Both the position numbers and the translations under genes were made by a program. From the human T2T-CHM13v2.0 reference genome, Homo sapiens: 64,000 nucleotides of DNA. Positions 9,895-26,397 of this stretch are shown here, piece after piece. The notes below the pieces were generated by a model. That model ran no database searches. It was not told where the DNA came from and saw only the letters and a list, made by a program, of their open reading frames with translations. The DNA is taken from NCBI RefSeq assembly GCF_009914755.1, contig NC_060927.1; one strand, given 5' to 3'. Every line of letters begins with the position of its first letter. Within the stretch, counting starts at the first letter, position 1.

Positions 9895-10927
9895 TGGTCG
9901 GGCAGCCAAGATGGCCGAATAGGAACAACTCCGGTCTACAGCTCCCAGCATGAGTGACACAGAAGATGGGTGATTTCTGCATTTCCATCTGAGGTACCAC
10001 GTTCATCCCACTAGGGCCAGAGAGTGGGTGCAGGACAGTGGGTACAACGCACCGTGTGTGAGTCGAAGCAGGGCGAGGCATTGCCTCACTCGGGAAGTGC
10101 AAGGGGCCAGGGAGTTCACTTTCCTAGTCAAAGAAAGGGGTGACAGACGGCACCTGGAAAATCGGGTCACTCCCACCCGAATACTGTGCTTTTCCAACGG
10201 GCTTAAAAAACGGCACACCAGGAGATTACATCCCGCACATGGCTCAGAGGGTCCTACGTCCACGGAGTTTCACTGATTGCTGGCACAGCAGTCTGAGATC
10301 AAACTGCACGTCAGCAGCGAGGCTGGGGGAGGGGCGCCCGCCATTGCCCAGGCTTACTTAGGTAAACAAAGCAGCCTGGAGGCTCGAACTGGGTGGAGCC
10401 CACCACAACTCAAGGAGGCCTGCCTGCCTCTATAGGCTCCAACTCTGGGGGCAGGGCACGGACAAACAAAAAGACAGCAGTAACCTCTGCAGACTTAAAT
10501 GTCCCTGTCTGACAGCTTTGAAGAAAGCAGTGGTTCTCCCAGCACACAGCTGGAGATCTGAGAACAGGCAGACTGCCTCCTCAAGTGGGTCCCTGACCCC
10601 TGACCCCTGAGCAGCCTAACTGGAAGGCATCCCCCAGTAGGGGCAGACTGACACTTCACACGGCCGGGTACTCCTCTGAGACAAAACTTCCAGAGGAACG
10701 ATCAGACAGCAGCATTCACGGTTCACGAAAATCCGCTGTTCTGCAGCCACCGCTGCGGATACCCAGGCAAACAGGGTCTGGAGTGGACCTCTAGCAAACT
10801 CCAACAGACCTGCAGCTGAGGGTCCTGTGTGTTAGAAGGAAAACTAACAAACAGAAAGAATATCCACACCAAAAACCTATCTGTACATCACCATCATCAA
10901 AGACCAAAAATAGATAAAACCACAAAG
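9895..10927 (+). promoter_or_regulatory. L1 5' UTR internal sense promoter and antisense promoter
   Basis: YY1 site CAAGATGGCC at 9907-9916; partly retained CpGs; promoter architecture from established L1 biology. Confidence 0.8.
10130..10344 (-). pseudogene. ORF0: L1 ORF0 with premature stop at codon 25
   Basis: ATG at 10344-10342 reads MAGAPPPASLLTCSLISDCCASNQ then TGA at 10272-10270; downstream ORF0-like residues (VGPSEP...IRVGVTRFSRC) appear in ORF 10003-10263. Confidence 0.85.
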
Positions 10928-11945
10928 ATGGGGAGAAAACAGAGCAGAAAAACTGGAAACTCTAAAAAGCAGAGCGCCTCTCCTCCTTCAAAGGAACGCA
11001 GTTCCTCACCAGCAACGGAACAAAGCTGGACGGAGAATGACTTTGACGAGTTGAGAGAAGAAGGCTTCAGACGATCAAACTACTCTGAGCTACAGGAGGA
11101 AATTCAAACCAAAGGCAAAGAAGTTAAAAACTTTGAAAACAATTTAGACGAATGTATAACTAGAATAACCAATACAGAGAAGTGCTTAAAGGAGCTGATG
11201 GAGCTGAAAGCCAAGGCTCGAGAACTACATGAAGAATGTAGAGGCCTCAGGAGCCAATGCGATCAACTGGAAGAAAGGGTATCAGTGATGGAAGATGAAA
11301 TGAATGAAATGAAGCAAGAAGGGAAGTTTAGAGAAAAAAAGAATAAAAAGAAATGAACAAAGCCTCCAAGAAATATGGGACTATGTGAAAAGACCAAATC
11401 TACGTCTGATTGGTGTACCTGAAAGTGACGGGGAGAATGGAACCAAGTTGGAAAACACTCTGCAGGATATTATCCAGGAGAACTTCCCTAATCTAGCAAG
11501 GCAGACCAACATTCAGATTCAGGAAATACAGAGAACACCACAAAGATACTCCTCGAGAAGAGCAACTCCAAGACACATAATTGTCAGATTCAACAAAGTG
11601 GAAATGAAGGAAAAAATATTAAGGGCAGCCAGAGAGAAAGGTCGGGTTACCCACAAAGGGAATCCCATCAGACTAACAGCGGATCTCTCGGCAGAAACTC
11701 TACAAGCCAGAAGAGAGTGGGGGCCAATATTCAACATTCTTAAAGAAAAGAATTTTCAACCCAGAATTTCATATCCAGCCAAACTAAGCTTCAGAAGTGA
11801 AGGAGAAATAAACTCCTTTACAGACAAGCAAATGCTGAGAGATTTTGTCATCACCAGGCCTGCCCTAAAAGAGCTCCTGAAGGAAGCACTAAACATGGAA
11901 AGGAACAACTGGTACCAACCACTGCAAAATCATGCCAAATTGTAA
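10928..11945 (+). pseudogene. ORF1: L1 ORF1p (RNA-binding chaperone), frameshifted
   Basis: MGRKQSRKTGNSK... to ...QNHAKL*, split by an extra A in the run at ~11334-11340. Confidence 0.95.
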
Positions 11946-12008
11946 AGACCATCGAGGCTAGGAAGAAACTGCATCAACTAACGAGCAAAATCACCAGCTA
12001 ACATCAAA

Positions 12009-15837
<3,829 letters not shown>

Positions 15838-17244
15838 ACAATGAGATCACATGGACACAGGAAGGGGAACATCACACTCTGGGGACTGTTGTGGGGTGGG
15901 GGGAGGGGTAGGGATAGCATTAGGAGATATACCTAATTCTAAATGACGAGTTAATGGGTACAGCACACCAGCATGGCACATGCATACCTATGTAAAAAGC
16001 CTGCACGTTGTGCACATGTACCCTATAACTTAAAGTGTAATAAAAAAAAAGACAGAACCCGCCAGAGTAAATTAAAAAAACAAAACCCTACTGTGTGCTG
16101 TCTATGAGAAACCCACTTCAAATATAAAGATATACACAGATTAAATGTAATAAAAATGGGAAACATATACCATACAAAAACTAAAGGGAAAAAAAGCTGC
16201 AGTGGCTACATTAATATCAGACAAAGTCAATTTCAGAACAAACAGTATTACCAGGAATTAAAAAAAAAAAGAGTCCCTAGTAATAAAAGATAATCATTAC
16301 ATAATTATGAGGTTACAACAATATTACACATTTATGTACTTAATAATAGAGCTTCAGGAAACATCAAGCAGAAACAGAATTGAAAAAAAAACATTATTTT
16401 ACTTTGGACTTTAACACTTCTCTCTCAATAAGCAACAGAATAAGTAGAAAGAAAATCAACAATGGGATAGAAGATCTGTGCATTATTAACCACTTTGACT
16501 TAATTGACATTTTAGAACACTCCACTCAACAACAGCAGAATACACATTCTTTTCTAGTGCACATGGAACACTGACAAAACAGACAAATTCTGTGTCATAG
16601 AGCAAACCTCAAGAAATTTAAAAGAATAAAGATTATAAAAAGTATGTTTTCTGACCATAATAGAATAAAACTAAACATCTATACCAAGAATATATCAAGG
16701 AAAATCCCCAAATATTTGAAAATTAAATAACACACTTTTATATAATCCACAGGCTAAAAAGGAAGTCACAAGGGAAATTAGAAAATATTTTGAACTGAAT
16801 GAAAACACAACATATTAAAGCATACAGAATGTAGATAAAACAGCAATTAGAGAGAAATTAATAGCACTAAATGTTTTATTAGGAAACAAGAAAGGTCTAT
16901 CAATCAAATTGAAATTAGAAAAATACTAAAATCAAGGAAACAAAAAGTTTGTTCTTTGAAAAGATCACTTAAGTTGATAAATCTCTAGGCATACTGACCA
17001 AGAAAAAAAGGAAGGAAGACAGAAATTACTTGTATCAGAAAGGAAAAGACACCATCATCATTAGAAACCCTCAAACATAAATAGGGAATATTACCTACAA
17101 TTCTATGTTCATAAATCTGACATTGATGAAATAAACCAGTTTCTTAAAAGAAACAAACTACAAAAGCTCACTCAAAAAGAAATAGATAACCAGAATAATG
17201 TATTAAATAATACCCTGCTACTCATGAAGGTACCATAAAATGGC

Positions 17245-19445
17245 AGCAACAGAAATTATAAACCCACAGATCCAAGAACTACAATAAACACCAAGCTCAA
17301 GAAACATGTGAAAAATTAAGGCAAGGAACATCATAACCAAATTACTTAAAACTAATGATAAAGAGAAATTTTAAAAGGAGTCAGAAAAAAACTTATAAAG
17401 AAACAAAGATAAGGATAACAGAAGATTTCCCACCAGACACAATAAAAGTTACAACACAGTGGAGCAACATTTTTAATATACCAAAAGAAAAAAGAATCAG
17501 CCAAACTAGGATACTCTTACTACAAAAAATTACCTTCAAACTGAAGATGAAATAAAGACTTCTTCAGCTAAAAAAAAGCTTATAGAATTCTTCACTAGTA
17601 GATCTGCACCACAAAAAAATGTTAAAGTCTTTAAGCACAAGGAATGTAATACCAAACGGATATTTTGATCCACAAAAAGGAATAAAGAGCACCAAAAATA
17701 TTAACTACATGAGTAAACATAAAGATATTTTATCTCATCATTTAAACTTCTAATTAGCCATTTAAAACAAACCTAATAAAAATGTATTGTGGGGTTAATA
17801 ACAAAAATTAAAATACAATATATTACAGCAAAAGCACAAAAGACAGAAAGAAAAAAATGGAAATATAATAAGATTCTTATGCTCTACATGAAATGGTATA
17901 ATATTATTTGAAGATAGAGTTTAATAAGTTAAAGATACATATTATAAATCCTAAAGCAACCACCAAAATAACAAAACAAAGAGCTATGGTGAATAAATTG
18001 CCAAGATAAAGGTGAATCAATTAAAAATCCTCAATTAATCCAAATCAAGACAGTAAAAAGAGGAATTAACGAAAAGATGGGGCAAATAAAAACAAATAGC
18101 AAGATGACAGATTTAAATCTGGCCATAACAAGGAATCACATTAAATGTATTTGGTCTAAGTACCTCAATTAAAATGCAAAGATTTTCATACTGGATAAAA
18201 AAGCAAGACTCAAATATATGCAGTCTACAAGTTATCTATTGTAAATATAAAGACAGAAATAGGAAAAAAAGTAAAAAGCTGGAAAAATAAATATACTAAC
18301 ACTAATTAATCAAAAGAAAACTGGAGTGGCTCTATTAGTATCAAAGTTGATTTCCAAATAAAGAATATTAGCAGGGATAGGGAGGATCATTTTATATTGA
18401 TAAAGGAATCATTTAACCAAGAGGACATAACAATCCTAAATGTTTATGCTCCTATTAAAAGAGCTTCAAAATAAGTAAAGCAGTCCCCACACTAGGTGAA
18501 AAGATTTATAAATCACATGTGTAATAAAGGAATCAAATATTGACTATATAAAGACCTCTCAAAACTCCAAAACAAGTAAACAAACAATACAAAATGGGCA
18601 AAATATATGAACAAACATTTCACCAAAGAATCTAACACAGGTGACAATTAGGCACATGAAAAAATGTTCAAGTTCATTAGTCTTTAGGGAAAGGCAAAAT
18701 AAAACCACAATTAGATACTTCAAATCTTCACCAACACTTGGTATGGCTAAATTAAAAGGATTGACCATACCAAGTGTTGGTTAAGATTTGAAGAAACTGG
18801 AACTCTCATACACTAATGGTGGGAAAGTAAAATGGTACAACTACTTTGGAAAACAGTCAACGATTTCTTGAAAAGTCCAGCATACCCTACCATATGACTC
18901 AGTTATTCCTCTCTCAGGTATTTACACAAAAGTAAAGAAAACATTTGTGCATAAAAAGGCTTATAGAGGAATGGTCATAGTTATTTTATTTAAAATAGCC
19001 CTGAACCGGAAACAATCCAAATGTGCGGCAACAAATGAACAGACAAATGATATGCCAAACCTACTGGCATACTAGTAGGCAATAAAAAGGTATAACTATT
19101 GATTCATGTAACATGGATGAGTGAAAATAAGCAAGTCAAAAAAGAGTACATTGACGATTCCATTTACGTAAAATTCTAGGAATTGCAAACTACTATATAG
19201 CAGAGTGACATAAAGCAGATCAGTGCTTGCCTAAAGATAGAGATAGAGGGGTCATGGAGAGGTAGGAGGAATGGATTACAAAGAGGCATTAGGAAATTTG
19301 GGGTAGTAATGGATATGTTCATTAACCTGACTGCTTTACACCTGCATCCATATGTCAAAATATATCAAGTTGTATGCATGAAATATGTATAATTTATTGT
19401 ATGTCAATCATACCTAAATAAATTTGTTAAAACTTCAAATAATAA
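17245..19445 (+). mobile_element. Second ancient L1M (ORF1 3' half, ORF2 EN start, then ORF2 C-terminus and 3' UTR)
   Basis: ORF1-like ORF 17355-17555; EN start at ~18130 'cacattaaatgta...ctcaattaaaa'; jump at ~18485 to the 3' end; L1MC/MD-like terminus 'ttgtatgtcaatcatacctaaataaa'. Confidence 0.75.
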
Positions 19446-19467
19446 ACTTAAATAAAACAAATCTGGC

Positions 19468-19833
19468 TGACACGGTTTGGCTGTGTTCCAACCCAAATGT
19501 CATCTTGAATTGTAGCTCCCATAATTCCCATGCGTTCCATGTGAGGGACCTGGTGGGAGGTAATTGAATCATGGGGGTGGATCTTTCCTATGCTGTTCTC
19601 ATGACAGTGAATAAGTCTCACGAGATCTGATGGTTTTATAAATGGGACTTCCCCTGCACACACTCTCTTGCCTGCTGCCATGTATGACATGCCTTTGCTT
19701 CTCGTTTGCCTTCTGCCATGATTGTGAGGCCTCCCCAGCCATGTAGAACTGTGAGTCCATTAAATGTCTTTCCTTTATAAATTACCCAGTCTCGGGTATG
19801 TCTTTATTAGCAGAGTGACAATAGAGTAATACA
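19468..19833 (+). mobile_element. THE1 (probably THE1B) MaLR solo LTR
   Basis: TG...CA termini, 366 bp, perfect 5-bp TSD ctggc at 19463-19467 and 19834-19838. Confidence 0.93.
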
Positions 19834-19859
19834 CTGGCAACAACCAAAACAATACAGAA

Positions 19860-20085
19860 GGTACCTTTTACTAGGCATTTGCTATGTTCTAGGTGCCATA
19901 CTAAATGCTTTTCATATCATCTAATTCTTTCAAAAAACATAAGGCAAGTGCTATTATGGTTTCTACATTTAAAGAGAAAGACTAAGGTAGAGAAAGGTTA
20001 AATAATTTGCCTAAGGTCACAACATTAGAAAGGGGTAAAGCTGGAATTTGATTCTAGAGTCAACAATCTTAACAAAAACACCATG
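19860..20085. mobile_element. MIR
   Basis: 'agagaaaggttaaataatttgcctaaggtcaca'. Confidence 0.75.
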
Positions 20086-21339
20086 AGGAAACTGAAACTC
20101 AAGGAAGGCCGCATAGTGTTGGGGATCCATCCTAGATTTGTCCAACTTCAGAGCCCAACCTCTTAATTGCTTCATTGTACTACATCTCGTCTTGAAAACA
20201 TCCTGCCAAAAACCTAATAGTCAGCCTAGCCTGAACACACCTGTGCTAATTAAATGTGTATTTCCTGGTTCCCATATTCAGGAAAAAGGGGACTCACACT
20301 CAGCCTTTCTCAGTTTTCATGTAACCAACAACTGTTGCGTGAATGAATGAAGTGAAGTAACTTAAGTTAACTAGCAAAATGTCCTCACATTAAAAAAAAT
20401 TAAATAAAACTGGAGGAATTTGAAGCTCAGAAAAATATTAAGAATCTGCCTAAAGCCAAACAGTGAGTTAGTAGTGGTGAAAGTGGAAGTCAAACTCAGG
20501 TTGGCTAATTCCAGAGCTAGATGACTCTGTCTCTCCAAAAAAAAGATGATCAAAATCTGCCTGCCAAAAAATTGCACCCTTTTAGACAACCATGAGTGGC
20601 TCAGAAGTGTTGAAGGGCTGCAGATGAGCTGAGACAAGCTTACAAAGGAATGTGGGTGTCCCGTTCCAGGGACACACAATGAACGTTCAGCTCTCCTTGT
20701 CTCTGAAGACAATGCATTCCAGGCTCCCAGCCCTATTTAAGAGTGGAGGGGTTCTGCTATTCAGCTGTCCGGCACCCCTGCTATCTCAAGTTTAACTAGT
20801 TATTTTCCTTTATAATTCACTGTAGACTGATAACTATTATTTCCCTGTCTAACACATACTGACAAGTGCTCTGGTTAAATATAGGTTGCTAGGAATTGGG
20901 GTGGAAATTTTTTTTTTTTAGCTCAACTTTATCAAGGGTCTGTAGACTCAGAATTCCAGAACCATCCCATTACCTCAGTGAAATTAACACATAGACTCAG
21001 TTAAAAAAAAAGAACAATTTTTGTTTTCCCAGATCTCGAGAAAGATATGGAAAGGACTGCTTGGCTTTCTGTCCTCCTATTTCTTGGTTTTAACCAAGAA
21101 ACGATCAAACGTTAGAGGTTCTAACCTCTAACGATCAAAAGTGAGTTGAGGAGCTTTAAGAGATTAGTTCTATGCAGAAGGAAAGCAGGTAAGAAGGACA
21201 AGGAGTGTGTGTGAGAGAGAGAGAGAAGGAGAGATCAGAGTCCATGAATAAAAATATGCAATGTATTTATCAAGGCTCCAAACCCACATAGGACTGCTGG
21301 TTATTGTCCAATCTTCCCTTCTATAATTACGGACATTTA

Positions 21340-21700
21340 GCTGGCCTGTGGTATACAACAAAACACTAAATTTTCCATTTCCCCACAACACAGGATGTAG
21401 CCATGTGACTAAGTTTGGGCCAAGGTATGAGCACAGCAGTGATATACAAAGCATCCAGCCTGTGCCTTTGAAGGAGAGGAATATGGTCTCCATTACTTCT
21501 TTCTCTTCTCATGGTTGGAGCACAGACTGGATAGAGGGAGCTGGAAGAGCCATTTTGGACCAAGAGATGGAAACTGTCATGTTTTTAGGGTGGCAGAGGG
21601 ATAAGATAGAAGGAACCTGGTTTCCTGTCAAACCATTTAGTCTGTCCTAGATGGCCTACACAGACTTTGATGTAGGAAGAAACTAATACATCAGATCATA
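21340..21700. mobile_element. Old MLT1 LTR fragment
   Basis: 'gccatgtgactaagttt', 'gagccattttggaccaagag', 'gatagaaggaacctgg'. Confidence 0.6.
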
Positions 21701-22399
21701 TGAGACTGATAATGAGGATAAAAATATTGAATGATATTGATAGAAAGGAGAATTTTATTTCATTGCCACAAACTCTTCTGGAACACTCTTCCCCAACCAC
21801 CCAATGGTGCAAGTTCAAGAAGAGATCAAAAGTGTGATTTATTGTCATGGACTTAAAATCTAGAAAATATAGTCAAGTTGTTGAGCTATTTCAATTTTCC
21901 TTTGCAGCTTCTTTCTGAAGGCTTGAAATATTTTACTTTAAATGTGGAATGTTTGCAGGGAGGACTTTCCAATGCTGAAAAGCACAAGTTCTCCCATTCC
22001 TTAATCCCACTGCAAAAATGTGTGGCCCCAATGTTTCATGTCAGACCTGTTGGCTCCTTCCTTTGCAAAGGCTCCAGTTGTTACACTAAAATCACACTGG
22101 ATCATATTAGCTCTCTCCTCCCAATTTCCTGTTCATAAAGCTTGGAGCCTCATCACAATGAATGTATTGTAAAAATATAGGGTAACAAATGTTTTCTGCT
22201 GGGCTTCGTAAATTGGAATGAGACAAGGATTGGGCATTTACACCCAATTTACTTCAGACTGTATTACCTATAGAATAACTTGTGAGTTCTCAGATAAAAG
22301 CAAATAATGGAAACCATGCCAAAGTAAACGAACATTTTTGAATTCCTTTCAAATATTAAATACTGATATTTTCCTCCAGAAATACAAAAATGCATAGCT

Positions 22400-23000
22400 G
22401 TGAGGTCCACTTTCATGCAATATGTGGCATATGCTGTCTACCACTACTGTTGAAAGGTTGAACATATGCATTCTACATATGCCTTTCTACTCCTTGGTAT
22501 ATCTGCAATAGAAATGTAGGCAAATGTTCATCAAAACACAGTTAGTAGAATGTCACAGCAACACTATTCATAATAGTCCCCAAATGGAAACATACATGAA
22601 AAACAGAATGGTTTAAAAGAAACATTATATAATTGAAGAATGGAATACAACAATGAGAATGAATTGACTAGAAGTACACACAACCAGATGGATGAATCTC
22701 ACAAACATAATGTGTAAAATAATCCAGAAGGGAAAGAATGTTTGCTGTATGATTTCATTAACATCCAGTTCAAAGCCAGGCAAAATTAATCTATGGTGTG
22801 AGAAATCATAATAATTATTATCTTTGAGAGAAAAAATGACTAGGAAGGCAAGACTTCTACAGTGCTCAAGATGTTCTGTTTTTTAATCTAGACATTAGTT
22901 ACATGGGTGTGTTCACTTTGTGAAAATGTACAAAGGTGAAGTCATATGATTTGTACACTTTCATGCATGCATGCTATATCTCAATTTAAAAAAATTAAAG
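22400..23000 (+). mobile_element. L1ME-type 3' fragment
   Basis: 'gatgaatctcacaaacataatg', 'tacatgggtgtgttcactttgtgaaaat'. Confidence 0.75.
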
Positions 23001-23162
23001 GGATACATGAATTCAAAATGTCACAATTGTTATAACACCAAAATAAAAGTGTGAAAAGATTGCTACTACCCTTCATCTAAGACATTTACACTAAAAAATA
23101 CTATGGACATATCTATGAAAATGAATAAGCTACATCAGAGGATAAAAAGAGACCCTATAGGG

Positions 23163-23490
23163 CAGCAGTCCCCAGCTTTTTTTGGCACCAGGGACTGGTT
23201 TCAAGGAAGACAAGTTTTCCACAGACCAGTGAGGGGGTAGTTTCAGAATGAAAGTGTTCTACCTCAGATCATCAGGCATTAGATTCTCATAAGGAGCACT
23301 CAACCCAGGTTCCTCATGAGACACAATAGGGCTCACACTCCTATGAGAATCTAATGCCACCACTGATCTGATAGGAGGCGGAGCTCAGGCAGTAATGCTC
23401 GCTCACCTGCCACTCATCTCCTGCTGTGCAACCTGGTTCCTAACAGGACATGGATCAGTATTGATCCAGCCCAGGGCTTGGGGACTCCTG
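23163..23490. mobile_element. MER1B hAT-Charlie MITE
   Basis: 'ttttggcaccagggactggtttc...cagatcatcaggcattagattctcataagg...ggggactcctg'. Confidence 0.88.
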
Positions 23491-23512
23491 TTATTAAAAA
23501 TAGGCAAAAATG

Positions 23513-23919
<407 letters not shown>

Positions 23920-24291
23920 TTACAAGTAGCAATTTTCACTCTTAAACCTTGCCATTTGAATTACTTAGAATCCATTTTTTGCAATGAGTCTGAATCTATA
24001 AGCCAGAGTCCATTGGCGTATAATGAATGCCTGGAACACCAGATTCAAGAAGCTACTTGCCTGTAAAGGCAAGACAATAACTCAGCTCACAGGAGACCAA
24101 CTAAATTTTCCAATAAGGCAGCCATGTACACCAAAGGTTGTGCAAATAGAGCAAGCAACTGATGAAGTTCAGACTAAACACAAATATATTAGCAAACACC
24201 ACTGGGGACAGAAAGTTATAAGGAATATCCCAGAAAGAAGGGCAGCCTCTGAGTTGGAAATGACTTCTTACAAGGATTGATATTATATCAT

Positions 24292-24937
24292 TCTTTTTTT
24301 AACTTTTAAGTTGGGCGGTACATGTGCAGTTTCGTTATATAGGTAACCTCATGTCACAGGGATTTATTGTACAGATTATTTCATCACCCAAGTGCTAAGC
24401 CTAATACCCAATAGTTATTTTTTCTGCTCCTCTCCCTCATCCTACACTTTACCTTCAAGTAGGTTCCAGAGTCTGTTGTTTCCTTCTTTGTATCAATGTG
24501 TTCTCATCATTTGGCTCCCTCTTATAAATGAGAACATATGGTATTTGGTTTTCTCTTCCTGCCTTAGTTTGCTAAGAATAATGGCCTCTAGCTCTATCCA
24601 TGTTCCTGCAAAGGATATGATCTCATTCTTTTTTATGGCTACATAGTATTCTATGGTGAATATTTACTACATTCTCTTTATCCAGTCTACCACTGATGGG
24701 CATCTAGGTTGATTCCATGTCTTTGCTATTGTGTACAGTGCTGGAATGAACATTTGTGTGCACATGCCTCTATGGTAGAAAGATTCATATTCTTTTGGAT
24801 ATATACCCAGTAATGAGATTGCTGGGTCAAATGGTAGTTCTGTTTTTAGCTCTTTGAGGAGTTGCCATACTGCTTTCCACAATGATTGAACTAATTTATA
24901 CTCCCACCAACAGCGTATAAGTGTTCCCCTTTCTCTG
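24292..24937 (-). mobile_element. L1 3' end (old L1PA/L1PB type), 5'-truncated
   Basis: ORF 24667-24882 (KTELPFDPAISLLGIYPKE) matches the ORF2 C-terminus; 3' UTR reverse complement present. Confidence 0.9.
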
Positions 24938-24964
24938 ATATAAGTGTTATTTCATCCTTATTCA

Positions 24965-24965
<1 letters not shown>

Positions 24966-25020
<55 letters not shown>
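24966..25020. repeat. (TC)n microsatellite
   Basis: Directly visible. Confidence 0.97.
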
Positions 25021-25024
<4 letters not shown>

Positions 25025-25339
25025 TGGTTCTGATTTCAGGTTACGTCTGCATTATGTGTTTTGTCAGGAGAAGGGATTTCAGAGAGATGTCAGGTTTCCA
25101 TTTCAAGATATTCAAAGCCCTTAATGAGATATTTGCCTGCCCTGCCACTGGGAAACTCAGCAGAAAGCTTGCACAGTTTGTAGGGTAAATGGCAAAGCAC
25201 AAGTGAGCAAGTTCCAGACCCACTGCTTCATACATCTGCCTGTTATTTGTGGAGGTAATAGAAGGTCTTCTTAGGCCTGACCTGGAAACCAGAAACCATG
25301 AAGAAATGATTGGCAGATGGGAAAACATAAATGTCAAAA

Positions 25340-26100
25340 AGGCAAATGTACATAACACCCACAACACAAACACGCTGGGAAAATATTTTCAATGTTTCTA
25401 ACAAAGGATATATATCTTTAATATACAAATAGATTTATCAGATGTGCCATTGGATCAAAGATCAAAGGGGAAAATGAGGCAATTCACAAAGGAAAAAGTA
25501 TAAATGGGAGAACTTTACAGGCTTATAAGTTATAAACCTATAAAGCTTTTCCCATTGGACATAAATTAATTAAATGAGGATTTTCACCCTCCTTTTTATT
25601 GAGAGGGAGGGGAGCCTTCCACATTAAAATGATTTTGAAAATTGCCAAAGTCACTATTGGCAAAATGTTTAGGAATGGACTACCTCATATGAATTCATAG
25701 TCATATGCGAGGGCTTGAAATGTGTGATCTCTAACAGCAAGACCGGGAGATACACTTGACATCCATTCACAGGGAGTAGTTGAATAAATCACGATGCCAC
25801 AGATAAAAGTAGAGTGCTCCACAGCTATTAAAAACAATGAGGTAAAGCTGTGCATCATCACCAGCATTGAAACTAATGCTATGCTGGGAACCAAGCTGAC
25901 TGTAGTAGCAAGTACTATTTTACCACTTTCATATAAAATTATATACATATGGTGCCGGGAGGACAGATGAAAAAAAGAAGGAAGAAAGGAAAGAGAAAAA
26001 GAAAGGAAGTTTCAATTATTAAAATGTTAACAATGATTATCTCTGCATGGTGGCAATTTGGGTGATTCTCACTTCATTGCTTATACATTTCTGAATTACT
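25340..26100 (+). mobile_element. Degenerate L1M/L1ME fragments
   Basis: 'gggaaaatattttcaatg...acaaaggatatatatctttaatatac', 'cagctattaaaaacaatgaggta'. Confidence 0.6.
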
Positions 26101-26102
26101 AC

Positions 26103-26397
<295 letters not shown>

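Noticed and set aside
20628-20705. pre-miRNA-like hairpin
   Set aside because: Only two short stems separated by a large unpaired interior.
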